From a virus (lineage: Duplodnaviria > Caudoviricetes): a stretch of DNA of 64,000 nucleotides. Positions within the stretch are counted from its first letter, which is position 1. Each line of letters begins with the position of its first letter. A program made the translations under genes and the position numbers. This document shows positions 19,451 through 27,973 of this stretch, in pieces. The stretch lies in IMG/VR virus record IMGVR_UViG_3300028840_001835; one strand, written 5' to 3'. The notes under the pieces were generated by a model. It did no database searches. It worked only from the letters and a program-made list of their open reading frames with translations, and had not been told where the DNA came from.

Positions 19451-20807
19451 TAGATATAAAGTTCCAACGATGGACGAGGTTCATAAACTATCCTCACAGG
19501 AAAAGTTCAATGTGATTTCATTGTTCGCTGGTATGGGTGGAAGCTCTACTGGTTACCGAATGGCGGGTGCAAAGATACTCGCAGTCAATGAATTTATGAA
19601 GGCGGCTAGGTCAATATATAATAGAAACTATCCAGATACATATATATTCCCCGATGATATACGAACACTAAATGGTGTTCAGATGTTAAAGAAACTTGGT
19701 CTTAAGGTTGGAGAACTTGATCTTCTTGATGGCTCACCTCCTTGCGCCTCATTCTCCATGGCCGGAAAACGGAAGAAGATGTGGGGCGAGGTGAAGGGAT
19801 ATTCATCCACAAAGCAGCGTGTGGACGATCTGTTCTATGAATTTTCAAGGATACTTAAAGATATGCAACCCAAGACCTTCATAGCAGAGAACGTGAAGGG
19901 GCTTGCGCTTGGTGATGTAAAGGCTCTGCTCGGAAACAAGGGTAAGGGACTGGAGAACTTTTTTGGTAAGGCGAGGAATGTGGGTATCATTCATGAGAAG
20001 GATAACATAATTAAGACACTAAGAGCGTGTGGATACAAGGTGTCTTATAAGGTTCTGAATTCAATAGAGTTCGGCGTTCCGCAAATAAGGGAGAGGTTGA
20101 TTTTTGTTGGCGTACGGGATGATCTTGGAATGAGCCCATCATTCCCAGAGGGGAATAAGGGGTTTCGGCAGAGACCGATAAAGGCGGGAGATGTGATGTT
20201 TCCATTCATATTCAACGGCTGTGAGAGGAATCTGACCCACGGGACGAAGGAGTGGGACTATATACATAACTGGTTTAAACCATTAACCACCCTTCATCAG
20301 GTGACCAAGATAGCAAAGAAGAACAACCTCAAAGCGTTCTGCCAGAGGATGCCACGGGATAACTGGTTCTACCCTCATCGGACGATCCTCCAATCAGACT
20401 ATAACATTCATGCGCTGGTCAATAGATACACGGCCGTGAACGAATCAAAATTACTTCAATCATTCCCATCAGACTTTGATGTACTGGGTCAGCCATTCAA
20501 GAGAATAAAAGTTTCAGTCAACGATTTACTTAAAAAGAAATTCAATTGTTATAATTTTCAAGCAGGACAGGACTCTGGAGATATACCATACATTTGTTCT
20601 CTCGTAGATTTTCCAAAGGAACGTTGGGATGAAAAATGTTTCTATCTTGATTTAAAGGAACCAGAGATTAAAGTTGATACCAAGTCACAATATTACAATA
20701 TACTTGGACATAGTAAGTCAAATGAATTTGTTGGAAGGGCCGTTCCTCCTCTATTGATGAAGGCAGTCGCGGAGCATGTATATGAAAAAATCATCTCAAA
20801 AATATAA
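19431..20807 (+). CDS. C5-cytosine DNA methyltransferase homologue 2 (candidate carboxymethyltransferase)
   Basis: SLFAGMGG, GSPPC, ENV, PQIRER, QSFPSDF, motif X variant VGRAVPP; clear paralogue of 17343..18665. Confidence 0.9.
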   Translation: MNMYMDDRYKVPTMDEVHKLSSQEKFNVISLFAGMGGSSTGYRMAGAKILAVNEFMKAARSIYNRNYPDTYIFPDDIRTLNGVQMLKKLGLKVGELDLLDGSPPCASFSMAGKRKKMWGEVKGYSSTKQRVDDLFYEFSRILKDMQPKTFIAENVKGLALGDVKALLGNKGKGLENFFGKARNVGIIHEKDNIIKTLRACGYKVSYKVLNSIEFGVPQIRERLIFVGVRDDLGMSPSFPEGNKGFRQRPIKAGDVMFPFIFNGCERNLTHGTKEWDYIHNWFKPLTTLHQVTKIAKKNNLKAFCQRMPRDNWFYPHRTILQSDYNIHALVNRYTAVNESKLLQSFPSDFDVLGQPFKRIKVSVNDLLKKKFNCYNFQAGQDSGDIPYICSLVDFPKERWDEKCFYLDLKEPEIKVDTKSQYYNILGHSKSNEFVGRAVPPLLMKAVAEHVYEKIISKI

Positions 20808-21156
20808 ACTGCCAGAATTTGAAAATTTATCAATTCCATTAATAAGGAGACAGTTTCCAAAATTATTTGCTAATAAGATTGTTAATGTTCAACCAATGAA
20901 CGGACCGTCTGGGTTGGCTTATGCGTTTATAAACGAGGAAATAAGAAAATTGATAATTAGAATCACGACAAAGAATCAGGCGTTATTATATGTGACCCAT
21001 AATAATAGATTTGTTAGAGAACATTGTATAAACATATTAAAGGAAAAAAACAAAAATGGGAATCGGAGTAAAACTAGGAAATCCTCTAGAAGAAAAACCA
21101 ATCGATCATTTAATGATGAAACTAATGGCTCAGGAGATTCAAAAAGAGATCGATAA
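20776..21156 (+). CDS. Small protein containing a gp23 (major capsid)-like fragment
   Basis: IPLIRRQFPKLFANKIVNVQPMNGPSGLAYAF resembles T4 gp23 MVRRAIPNLIAFDICGVQPMNSPTGQVFA. Confidence 0.55.
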   Translation: MYMKKSSQKYKLPEFENLSIPLIRRQFPKLFANKIVNVQPMNGPSGLAYAFINEEIRKLIIRITTKNQALLYVTHNNRFVREHCINILKEKNKNGNRSKTRKSSRRKTNRSFNDETNGSGDSKRDR

Positions 21157-21241
21157 TATGATACTTAAACAAATAAATAAAATTTCAAAACCCCCAGCAA
21201 TAGAGGTAAAGGTATGCCGTTCTACGATTATCAGTGTGTAG
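21056..21241 (+). CDS. Hypothetical protein
   Basis: 61-aa ORF overlapping both neighbours. Confidence 0.4.
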   Translation: MGIGVKLGNPLEEKPIDHLMMKLMAQEIQKEIDNMILKQINKISKPPAIEVKVCRSTIISV

Positions 21242-21423
21242 GGTGCGATAGAATACAGGAGGAACGACATTCGATCACAGAGACTCCTGAAATCAAATGT
21301 AACTATTGCGCCGCTCCATGTAAAAGACTCATGCCCGGAGATATGAATTACATTCTTAGAGGCGACGGATGGAATGGTAAACGGATAAAGAGAGAAGGAG
21401 AGAAAGGTGGAGAGAGCAATTGA
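21214..21423 (+). CDS. FmdB-family zinc-ribbon protein
   Basis: MPFYDYQCVGC...CNYC...KRLM...LRGDGW; GAGG RBS. Confidence 0.85.
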   Translation: MPFYDYQCVGCDRIQEERHSITETPEIKCNYCAAPCKRLMPGDMNYILRGDGWNGKRIKREGEKGGESN

Positions 21424-21607
21424 TGTTTTACAACGAATGTTAATTCGACAACAGAAGGATATAATGAAAGTCGATGAATATTATAATGAAGTATCCGGAT
21501 GGGGTCTTTTAGAAAAAATTAAAACCAAAAACGATGCGTTGCTATACATGACACATGATAGCAAACTTGTGAGAAATAAATGCAAGGAGATATTACATGA
21601 CAAATAA
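21407..21607 (+). CDS. Hypothetical protein with recurrent C-terminal motif
   Basis: KTKNDALLYMTHDSKLVRNKCKEIL. Confidence 0.6.
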   Translation: MERAIDVLQRMLIRQQKDIMKVDEYYNEVSGWGLLEKIKTKNDALLYMTHDSKLVRNKCKEILHDK

Positions 21608-22295
21608 AGATAATCATTTGAAAAAAGGTTCAAAGGAGTTCTCATTTGATGACATGGAAGATTTCGATACTCATATTGATCTGTCCATACCAAACTACTC
21701 TTTTGTTTTGGAGCAGGTAAGAAATCTATCCGATTATTTCATAGAGGATAACACCAATGTATATGACTTGGGTTGTTCCACTGGAAAATTCCTAAAGTCT
21801 CTTAATAGAAGGGATGGTGTAAGATATGTCGGCATAGATATAAGTAAAAATCTATTGCCCAAGAAGGAGGAATATCCAGATATCCGTTTTGAATGTTCTG
21901 ACCTTCTAAATTATAATGACTACAACACTGCGAGCTTTGTGGTGTCAATGTTTACATTACAATTTCTACCCCTCTCATCAAGAAAGAGATTGATTCAGAA
22001 GATAAACAATTCGTTGATACCTGGAGGTGCATTTATATCTTGCGAGAAGATATATTCCAGTAACGCCAAGTTTCAGGACATTACCAATAGTCTATATTAC
22101 GAGAAGAAAAACGAGCATTTCTCCGGAGACGCCATTCTGCAGAAGGAAAAGGATCTTAGAAAGATAATGAAGATACAATCAATTGAACAGTCGATAAAGG
22201 ACATGGAGGAAATTGGACCTGTCGATATATTCTGGCGCTCCTTTAATTTTGTTGGCTTAATAGCCGTGAGAAAACCATATACATCAGGTCTATAA
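21597..22295 (+). CDS. cmoA: CmoA-like carboxy-S-adenosylmethionine synthase / SAM-dependent methyltransferase
   Basis: FSFDD...SIPNY, YDLGCSTG, GID, MFTLQFL, LIPGGAFISCEK and FWRSFNF parallel CmoA motifs (FDE...SVPGY, YDLGCSLG, NFTLQFL, LNPGG...SEK, WFQCFNF). Confidence 0.8.
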   Translation: MTNKDNHLKKGSKEFSFDDMEDFDTHIDLSIPNYSFVLEQVRNLSDYFIEDNTNVYDLGCSTGKFLKSLNRRDGVRYVGIDISKNLLPKKEEYPDIRFECSDLLNYNDYNTASFVVSMFTLQFLPLSSRKRLIQKINNSLIPGGAFISCEKIYSSNAKFQDITNSLYYEKKNEHFSGDAILQKEKDLRKIMKIQSIEQSIKDMEEIGPVDIFWRSFNFVGLIAVRKPYTSGL

Positions 22296-22356
22296 TCCAC
22301 AAATACTAATAATCCAAAAAATAAAATTCTATATTGAGAAAAACTAAAAGGAGAAT

Positions 22357-23097
22357 ATGATGACAAAAGAAGTACAACCCCAGGATGTCACCTTCGAGAA
22401 AAAGACCCTGGAGCTAATCAACGAGTTGACCAAGATCAACACCAAGTTAATGATAGAGCATGAGGAGGTTGAGAAGGGCAAGGAGCCTGAAAATATAATC
22501 ATTGATGGTACTAATCCAGATACCACAATCGCATATAAATTTTCCGCGCCAAAGGAACATTTTGAGTTTGAGGGTGACGAGGTCGCCTTTTATGACTATA
22601 GCCAGTTCTTCGAGCTGCTTAGTGTTTTTGACAAACCAAAGATTTCCCAGATCGGTGATGAGAAGTTTGAGATAAAACAGAACAAGTCCAAGATCACATA
22701 CTTCATCTCAGATTCGGAGGCGGTTGATGTTGGGTTCTCAGAGGTTGACTTTAAAGACCCGGAGCTTTCATTCTGCATTAGTGATGAACAGTTCAAGGAT
22801 TTACGAAACATGCTCAGGCTCATCGAGGCCGAGAATGTGACCATCTCTGTCGCCGAGGACACGGTGACGGTCAAGCTGTCAACTGGTGACAAAGATAATT
22901 CATATGAGACTCAGTTCAAGACAGAGGAATGGGACGGGACTGAGTTTAGTATAACTTTATCAAAGGATATTTGGGAGAAGGCCCCCGAAGGTTCCTATGA
23001 TATACAAGTCAAGCAGGAAGGTATAATCAGGCTCAAGTATCTTGAGAATGATGCCATCTCCTTGGATTTATACACCGCAGAAATAGAGGAAGAGTAA
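22357..23097 (+). CDS. gp45: Sliding clamp (gp45)
   Basis: TLELINELTKIN, FYDYSQFFELLSVFDKP, YFISD, YDIQVKQEG; size and position next to gp44. Confidence 0.85.
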   Translation: MMTKEVQPQDVTFEKKTLELINELTKINTKLMIEHEEVEKGKEPENIIIDGTNPDTTIAYKFSAPKEHFEFEGDEVAFYDYSQFFELLSVFDKPKISQIGDEKFEIKQNKSKITYFISDSEAVDVGFSEVDFKDPELSFCISDEQFKDLRNMLRLIEAENVTISVAEDTVTVKLSTGDKDNSYETQFKTEEWDGTEFSITLSKDIWEKAPEGSYDIQVKQEGIIRLKYLENDAISLDLYTAEIEEE

Positions 23098-23606
23098 TGG
23101 AAGACCCTGAGAAGAAAGATGATCTATTGAGATCAGATTATAGTCTGGATCCTGTTGAGGAACAGATTGATGTTCAGGTTCCTGAAGGGCAGGAAGGTGA
23201 GTTTTTTGATCTTCCGCATTTGGAAAAAATAAAACTCGCCGCACAGCAACATGGGGTCTCTCTTAAGGATCCTGATAAGGACTGTAACAAATGTCATGGT
23301 CGAGGCTATGTATCGGTTAGATCATTCACGATCTCTGCCGATGACAAAGAGGTAACAAGAGAGATTCCAAATCCTTGTAAGTGTGTCTTTGAGAAACATG
23401 ATCTTCCAAAGATGTTTACGGGTATGATATCGTTGGGCAGAAAGGAAAGACATAGAAACGATAAACGGGAAAGAAGGATAACCCGAAAAGAGTTTCACAC
23501 ATCTGCATCCAACATACTTGAACATAAACTCAAAAAGGAGTTTAAGGTAAAGAGAAAGAAGAAAAAGAAACAACAGAAAAAGGATAGAAAAAGGAATAGA
23601 CGGTGA
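23097..23606 (+). CDS. Hypothetical protein with CxxC...CxC Zn motif and basic tail
   Basis: PDKDCNKCHGRGY...PCKC; Lys/Arg-rich C-terminus. Confidence 0.6.
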   Translation: MEDPEKKDDLLRSDYSLDPVEEQIDVQVPEGQEGEFFDLPHLEKIKLAAQQHGVSLKDPDKDCNKCHGRGYVSVRSFTISADDKEVTREIPNPCKCVFEKHDLPKMFTGMISLGRKERHRNDKRERRITRKEFHTSASNILEHKLKKEFKVKRKKKKKQQKKDRKRNRR

Positions 23607-24553
23607 AACCTAACACAAAGAGAAAAAAGAATAAGTATATCTGGATAGAGTTTTTTCGTCCAATGTCCGTAGAGGACATAATACTTCCGAAGGCATATAT
23701 GAAGACCTTTAGGAAGTTTGTCGAGGAAAAGGAGATACCAAATCTTATGTTGTATTCATCCAGCCCTGGTGTTGGAAAGACGACATTGGCTAAAGCACTA
23801 TGTAATGACATAGGCGCGGATTATCTCTATATAAACGTGTCCAGTGAAAGCGGGATCGATACATTGAGAACATCCATCTCCAGATTCGCATCCACAAAGT
23901 CATTTAATGGTAAGCCAAAGATCGTCATAATGGACGAGTTCGATGGTGCATCCAATAATCTTCAGATGGGCCTTCGTGCAGCGATAGAGGAATTCCATAA
24001 GGTATGTCGATTCATATTTACTTGCAACTATATAACACAGATAAAGGATCCTGTGTTGTCAAGGTGCCAGGTGTTTGATATGAACTTCACCGATAAGAAG
24101 ATTAAAGACGAAATGGTTCCAAAGGTGACCAATCGTGTCTGTAAGATACTCGACTTTAAAAAGGTCGACTATGACAATAGCGTGATCGTAAAGTTGGTCG
24201 AGGATCATTACCCAGACATTAGAAAAACTATTCAAATATGTCAACAGTATAGTGCAGTGAATGGTGTTATAGATAGTAATATTTTTAATTATGAGAAAGT
24301 GGATGAGGAGTTCTATACATATCTTCTCAATAAGGATTTTCGGAATGCAAGAAAATACTTAATTGAAAGTAATTACAATTATGAAGAAATGTTCACTAAT
24401 CTATATCATCATTTTGTTCCAATGTTGACTAAAGAAGTTCAGCCTGAGGCGATTATAACCATTGCTGAGTATATGTATAAAAATAGTCATTCAATTGATA
24501 AAGAAATAAACTTCGCCGCACTCATGCTTGAACTAATGGGACTTATTCAATGA
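23603..24553 (+). CDS. gp44: Clamp loader large subunit (gp44, RFC-like AAA+)
   Basis: WIEFFRP, SPGVGKTT, IMDEFD, FIFTCN, SRC, PDIRK. Confidence 0.95.
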   Translation: MKPNTKRKKNKYIWIEFFRPMSVEDIILPKAYMKTFRKFVEEKEIPNLMLYSSSPGVGKTTLAKALCNDIGADYLYINVSSESGIDTLRTSISRFASTKSFNGKPKIVIMDEFDGASNNLQMGLRAAIEEFHKVCRFIFTCNYITQIKDPVLSRCQVFDMNFTDKKIKDEMVPKVTNRVCKILDFKKVDYDNSVIVKLVEDHYPDIRKTIQICQQYSAVNGVIDSNIFNYEKVDEEFYTYLLNKDFRNARKYLIESNYNYEEMFTNLYHHFVPMLTKEVQPEAIITIAEYMYKNSHSIDKEINFAALMLELMGLIQ

Positions 24554-24792
24554 AAAAGATATTAAAAATGTTAGGGTCTGAATTCATTGAATATTTACAG
24601 TACCTAGGAATGATAGTATTTGGTCTATTTGGTATAGTATTATTATTGTTTCTATGTCTCGGTGGGTTATTCTCAATTGGATTTGGCGTTCCATGTTACA
24701 TTGCGATACCCGTACAGCTTTTGTTTTGGTTCATCTTGAAAGTTTATTTCGATCATCAACCGCCATTAAATAGTGATGGATTTTTTGGATGA
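24550..24792 (+). CDS. Small membrane protein (2 TM)
   Basis: Two hydrophobic segments. Confidence 0.6.
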   Translation: MKKILKMLGSEFIEYLQYLGMIVFGLFGIVLLLFLCLGGLFSIGFGVPCYIAIPVQLLFWFILKVYFDHQPPLNSDGFFG

Positions 24793-25079
24793 AACAATTA
24801 GATATAAGGGTTTTTCATAGAGAAAAACCTAATGGTGTATATGTATTCATACTTGATGATTGCTTCATTTGTCAGGAGTATCTCAAGGAATTAAAGAAAA
24901 TAGATACATCGGATTGGTATCTAATTGACTGCGGACAGAATGCCGGATATTTTCTTCGACAACATAATGTGGATGATGTTCCACATACCAGAGTATATAT
25001 TGATGGAGAGATCATTTGGGAACGTTCCGGTGCATTATATGAAAAACAAAGACGGGAGTTATTTGAGAAGCTAAAATGA
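24789..25079 (+). CDS. Thioredoxin/glutaredoxin-like protein
   Basis: CFIC redox motif, VPHTRVY cis-Pro loop, WERSG. Confidence 0.65.
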   Translation: MKQLDIRVFHREKPNGVYVFILDDCFICQEYLKELKKIDTSDWYLIDCGQNAGYFLRQHNVDDVPHTRVYIDGEIIWERSGALYEKQRRELFEKLK

Positions 25080-25804
25080 TTCGATACATTGTTGCAGCAG
25101 ATAATGAGGATAACTATAACCGATTTTTAAAACCCTCGCTTGAAAAGATAGAAGCCCTTGATAGGGTTACCCTAGTATTAAATAAGGATTTAGATGAAGG
25201 TATATTCAAGAAATATAACCTTGTCTTAAATATGCTTTCAAGTAAAGGAAAGATCAATGATGAGGATGTGTTTGTTTTTGTACATGATGATGTATCGTTT
25301 GAGGATGAGAATCTAGAGGGAAAGATTGAATTATATTTTAGGTATAAAGATAACATCGGGATTGCTGGAGTAATCGGAACAACCATATTTCCGGCAGAGG
25401 GTGGATGGTGGATGTGCGACCGCTCAAAACGAACAAGGGGTAGAATTATACAAGGTCATCCCGATCAACCTGATCATGTGATGGAAGACAAAAAAGGTAT
25501 GTTTGATGACCTTGTATCGGTTGATGGATGTATATTGTTTATGAGTGGACGATTCCTAAAAGACTTTCGTTTTGATGAACAGACCTATGATGGATACCAT
25601 TTTTATGATGTAGATTCATGCTTCACCGCTTTAAGAAAAGGATTCTCCATTGGTATCATTGATGTATTGGTTAGACATGAATCTGAAGGTCCTCTCTCAG
25701 ACTCTTGGTTTACAGAACGAGACAAATTCATCAAGAAATGGACCGCCAGGGGTATGAAGTTTCCCATTCTTAGGGAACATTTATATCAGAATATAAATAG
25801 TTAA
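25076..25804 (+). CDS. GT-A fold glycosyltransferase (GT2-like)
   Basis: KKYN, FVFVHDDV (DxD-like), GIAGVIG, VDGCILF, FDE..YDGYHFYDVD, VRH. Confidence 0.8.
   Translation: MIRYIVAADNEDNYNRFLKPSLEKIEALDRVTLVLNKDLDEGIFKKYNLVLNMLSSKGKINDEDVFVFVHDDVSFEDENLEGKIELYFRYKDNIGIAGVIGTTIFPAEGGWWMCDRSKRTRGRIIQGHPDQPDHVMEDKKGMFDDLVSVDGCILFMSGRFLKDFRFDEQTYDGYHFYDVDSCFTALRKGFSIGIIDVLVRHESEGPLSDSWFTERDKFIKKWTARGMKFPILREHLYQNINS
25792..25799 (+). promoter_or_regulatory. T4-type late promoter
   Basis: TATAAATA 26 nt before the endolysin start. Confidence 0.7.
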
Positions 25805-25825
25805 AAGTTTATTAAATAATGAGGA

Positions 25826-26251
25826 TTGTGTATGCCGAAATTTGGAAGAAGATCATTGAGGGAACTGAAGACCTGTCATAAGGATTTACAGGACATATTA
25901 AATGAAGCAATCAAGTATGTGGACTTTTCTGTTCTACAGGGCAACCGAGACGAGGAGACCCAGAATAAGTATTTTGAACAGGGCAAGTCTAAATTAAAAT
26001 ATCCGAATAGTAAACATAACCCATATCCATCGCTTGCCGTCGATCTTGTACCATACCCTATTGATTGGGGTGACATTAAAAGAATCGGCGCGGTGGCTTT
26101 TGTGATCAAAGGAATCGCCTTCTCAAAGGGGATCAAATTAAGGCTCGGCGTTGATTGGAATAGTGATTATAGATTCACAGAGAGTTTTGTTGATTCACCA
26201 CATATCGAATTACATAGTAAATTGATTGATGGTGAGTGGGTGAGGTATTAA
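25826..26251 (+). CDS. Endolysin, M15 family L-Ala-D-Glu peptidase-like
   Basis: FGRRS...HKDL, DFSVLQGNR, SKH, AVDL, DWN, DSPHIEL (Zn ligands H, D, H). Confidence 0.9.
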   Translation: MCMPKFGRRSLRELKTCHKDLQDILNEAIKYVDFSVLQGNRDEETQNKYFEQGKSKLKYPNSKHNPYPSLAVDLVPYPIDWGDIKRIGAVAFVIKGIAFSKGIKLRLGVDWNSDYRFTESFVDSPHIELHSKLIDGEWVRY

Positions 26252-26655
26252 TGGATGGTCTAGAAGATTTTTACGAAACAATGTGCAGAATTTCTCCGGT
26301 TGGTTTATTCAGGACTGACGAGACCGGAAGGATAACTTATGTCAATCAAAAGTATGAGGACATAGCCCAAATATCAAGAGGGCAAATACTTGGGGTTGGA
26401 TGGTTTGATGCTGTTCATCTTGACGATGTGAAAAAGGTTTCTAACACCTGGTATAATGCTATTGAAAATAATCTTGATTGGAATCTTGAATTTAGATTTA
26501 GATCAAAAGATAAACAGGTCACATGGGTATTGGGTCAAGCTGCAAAGATCAATGGCGGGGGAAAGGGATATGTTGGAACCCTAACAAACATCTCCAAGAA
26601 AAAACAATTGCTTGACGAACTGATGACAATACGAACAGAGATGTTCGCATTGTAA
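26251..26655 (+). CDS. Stand-alone PAS/PAC domain protein
   Basis: SPVGLFRTD..G.ITYVN, GWFDAVHLDD, EFRF..KD.QVTWV, YVGTLTNIS.KK; TAATG overlap with the endolysin stop. Confidence 0.88.
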   Translation: MDGLEDFYETMCRISPVGLFRTDETGRITYVNQKYEDIAQISRGQILGVGWFDAVHLDDVKKVSNTWYNAIENNLDWNLEFRFRSKDKQVTWVLGQAAKINGGGKGYVGTLTNISKKKQLLDELMTIRTEMFAL

Positions 26656-26667
26656 GGAGACAAGCGA

Positions 26668-26904
26668 ATGGACTTTACTTGGCCTATAGCCTTTACGGTA
26701 GTGGCCAGCGTTGTTACGATTCTGGCATTCATATATAAGTTTTTTAAGAAGGACACGACCTGGCAACAACCCGTCAATGATCTAAAAACAGATATGACTG
26801 GTGTAAAAAAGGACGTGGAGAATCTCCAGAAGGACAATGAGAAAATGAGCAACAATATGAAACAGTTGCTCGATAGGTTCATAGATTTCATCCAAAATCA
26901 CTAG
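26668..26904 (+). CDS. Holin-like protein (N-terminal TM plus coiled coil)
   Basis: WPIAFTVVASVVTILAFIY TM followed by heptad repeats; GGAG RBS; downstream of the endolysin. Confidence 0.5.
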   Translation: MDFTWPIAFTVVASVVTILAFIYKFFKKDTTWQQPVNDLKTDMTGVKKDVENLQKDNEKMSNNMKQLLDRFIDFIQNH

Positions 26905-26936
26905 AATAAAAAACAAATTATTACTATATTGAATAC

Positions 26937-27323
26937 ATGAAATTAAGTTTATTTGATCACTTGAAAAATCTGACAATCAATAAGTCGGAGTTTGATCCTC
27001 ATAATGATGAGCAAGCAAAGTCATATACTCCATATATGATAAACAGGTTCATTTCAATGACCGATGTATTGTTGCCAGTCGTAAATCAAATCAATCGTTT
27101 TGATCTTCCAAAATCCGTTCACTATAGATATTTCAAGACACTACTTCCAAAAAGAAAATTCTTTTTCAACTATATAAAGAAGAAAAAGGACGTGGACCTT
27201 GATGAGAAGAAACTACTCTGCAAGTATTTTGAGTGCGGATTAAGAGAGATTGAAAATATAATCACCGTTCTTCCAGAGGATCAGATAAAAGACATATTGA
27301 ATAAATATCGCACTGTTAAATAA
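26937..27323 (+). CDS. gp62: Clamp loader small subunit (gp62)
   Basis: LFDHLKNL, YTPYMINRFISM, VNQIN, HYRYF...KRKFF.YIKK, KYFECG. Confidence 0.85.
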   Translation: MKLSLFDHLKNLTINKSEFDPHNDEQAKSYTPYMINRFISMTDVLLPVVNQINRFDLPKSVHYRYFKTLLPKRKFFFNYIKKKKDVDLDEKKLLCKYFECGLREIENIITVLPEDQIKDILNKYRTVK

Positions 27324-27326
27324 TCA

Positions 27327-27334
27327 TATAAATA
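27327..27334 (+). promoter_or_regulatory. T4-type late promoter
   Basis: Intergenic TATAAATA. Confidence 0.65.
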
Positions 27335-27364
27335 ATAATATGATAATAAATGGTGAGGTGTTTT

Positions 27365-27928
27365 ATGTTTTATTTTTCAAACCCAGCTGATCCCAATAAG
27401 ATGGTCGTGGAGCTTCCGCGAAATGAGGATGGCAAACAATACTGGGTTCCCATCATAGCAAAGAATAAGGAACAGTTGATTGGGTTTGTATCGGCATACA
27501 AGACCTTTTCTTTCTTCTATGATACCCCTATATCCGATATGGAATTAATGTTATCATCTGAACGATTTAGTGATATAATGAAAGATGGGGTCCGTATGAG
27601 AGAGTTGTCCAGAAACGAACTAAAGGAACGAATAAAAAAGGTACTTGACGAACCAGATCGTGGAGAACATATAGAGAATGATGAAAGTATCTATGAAGAT
27701 AACCTCATCACAGTCACCTGTCCACAATGTGGAATGTTCTATTCATTCAAGAATTCGACCGAGGTTCCTGAAGAAAATTTCAAATGTCAAATGTGTAATA
27801 GAGTAGTAATTCATTACACTGGTGTGGACGAGGATAGAGTTCAATTTGATGGGGATGCAGAGCTGATGGATAACTTAATTGCAGAGATACATTCAGAGTC
27901 CATAGGTCCCGATGATACGGAACAATGA
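27365..27928 (+). CDS. Hypothetical protein with C-terminal double CxxC Zn ribbon
   Basis: CPQC...CQMC; GAGGTG RBS before ATG 27365. Confidence 0.65.
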   Translation: MFYFSNPADPNKMVVELPRNEDGKQYWVPIIAKNKEQLIGFVSAYKTFSFFYDTPISDMELMLSSERFSDIMKDGVRMRELSRNELKERIKKVLDEPDRGEHIENDESIYEDNLITVTCPQCGMFYSFKNSTEVPEENFKCQMCNRVVIHYTGVDEDRVQFDGDAELMDNLIAEIHSESIGPDDTEQ

Positions 27929-27932
27929 ATTT

Positions 27933-27940
27933 TATAAATA
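27933..27940 (+). promoter_or_regulatory. T4-type late promoter heading the capsid-targeted gene array
   Basis: Intergenic TATAAATA 33 nt before the ATG at 27974. Confidence 0.75.
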
Positions 27941-27973
27941 ATAGTAGTATTCAGTCAATCATGGAGCTCAGAT

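Noticed and set aside
20776-21156. Major capsid gene
   Set aside because: Only about 33 residues resemble gp23; far too short to be the capsid protein.
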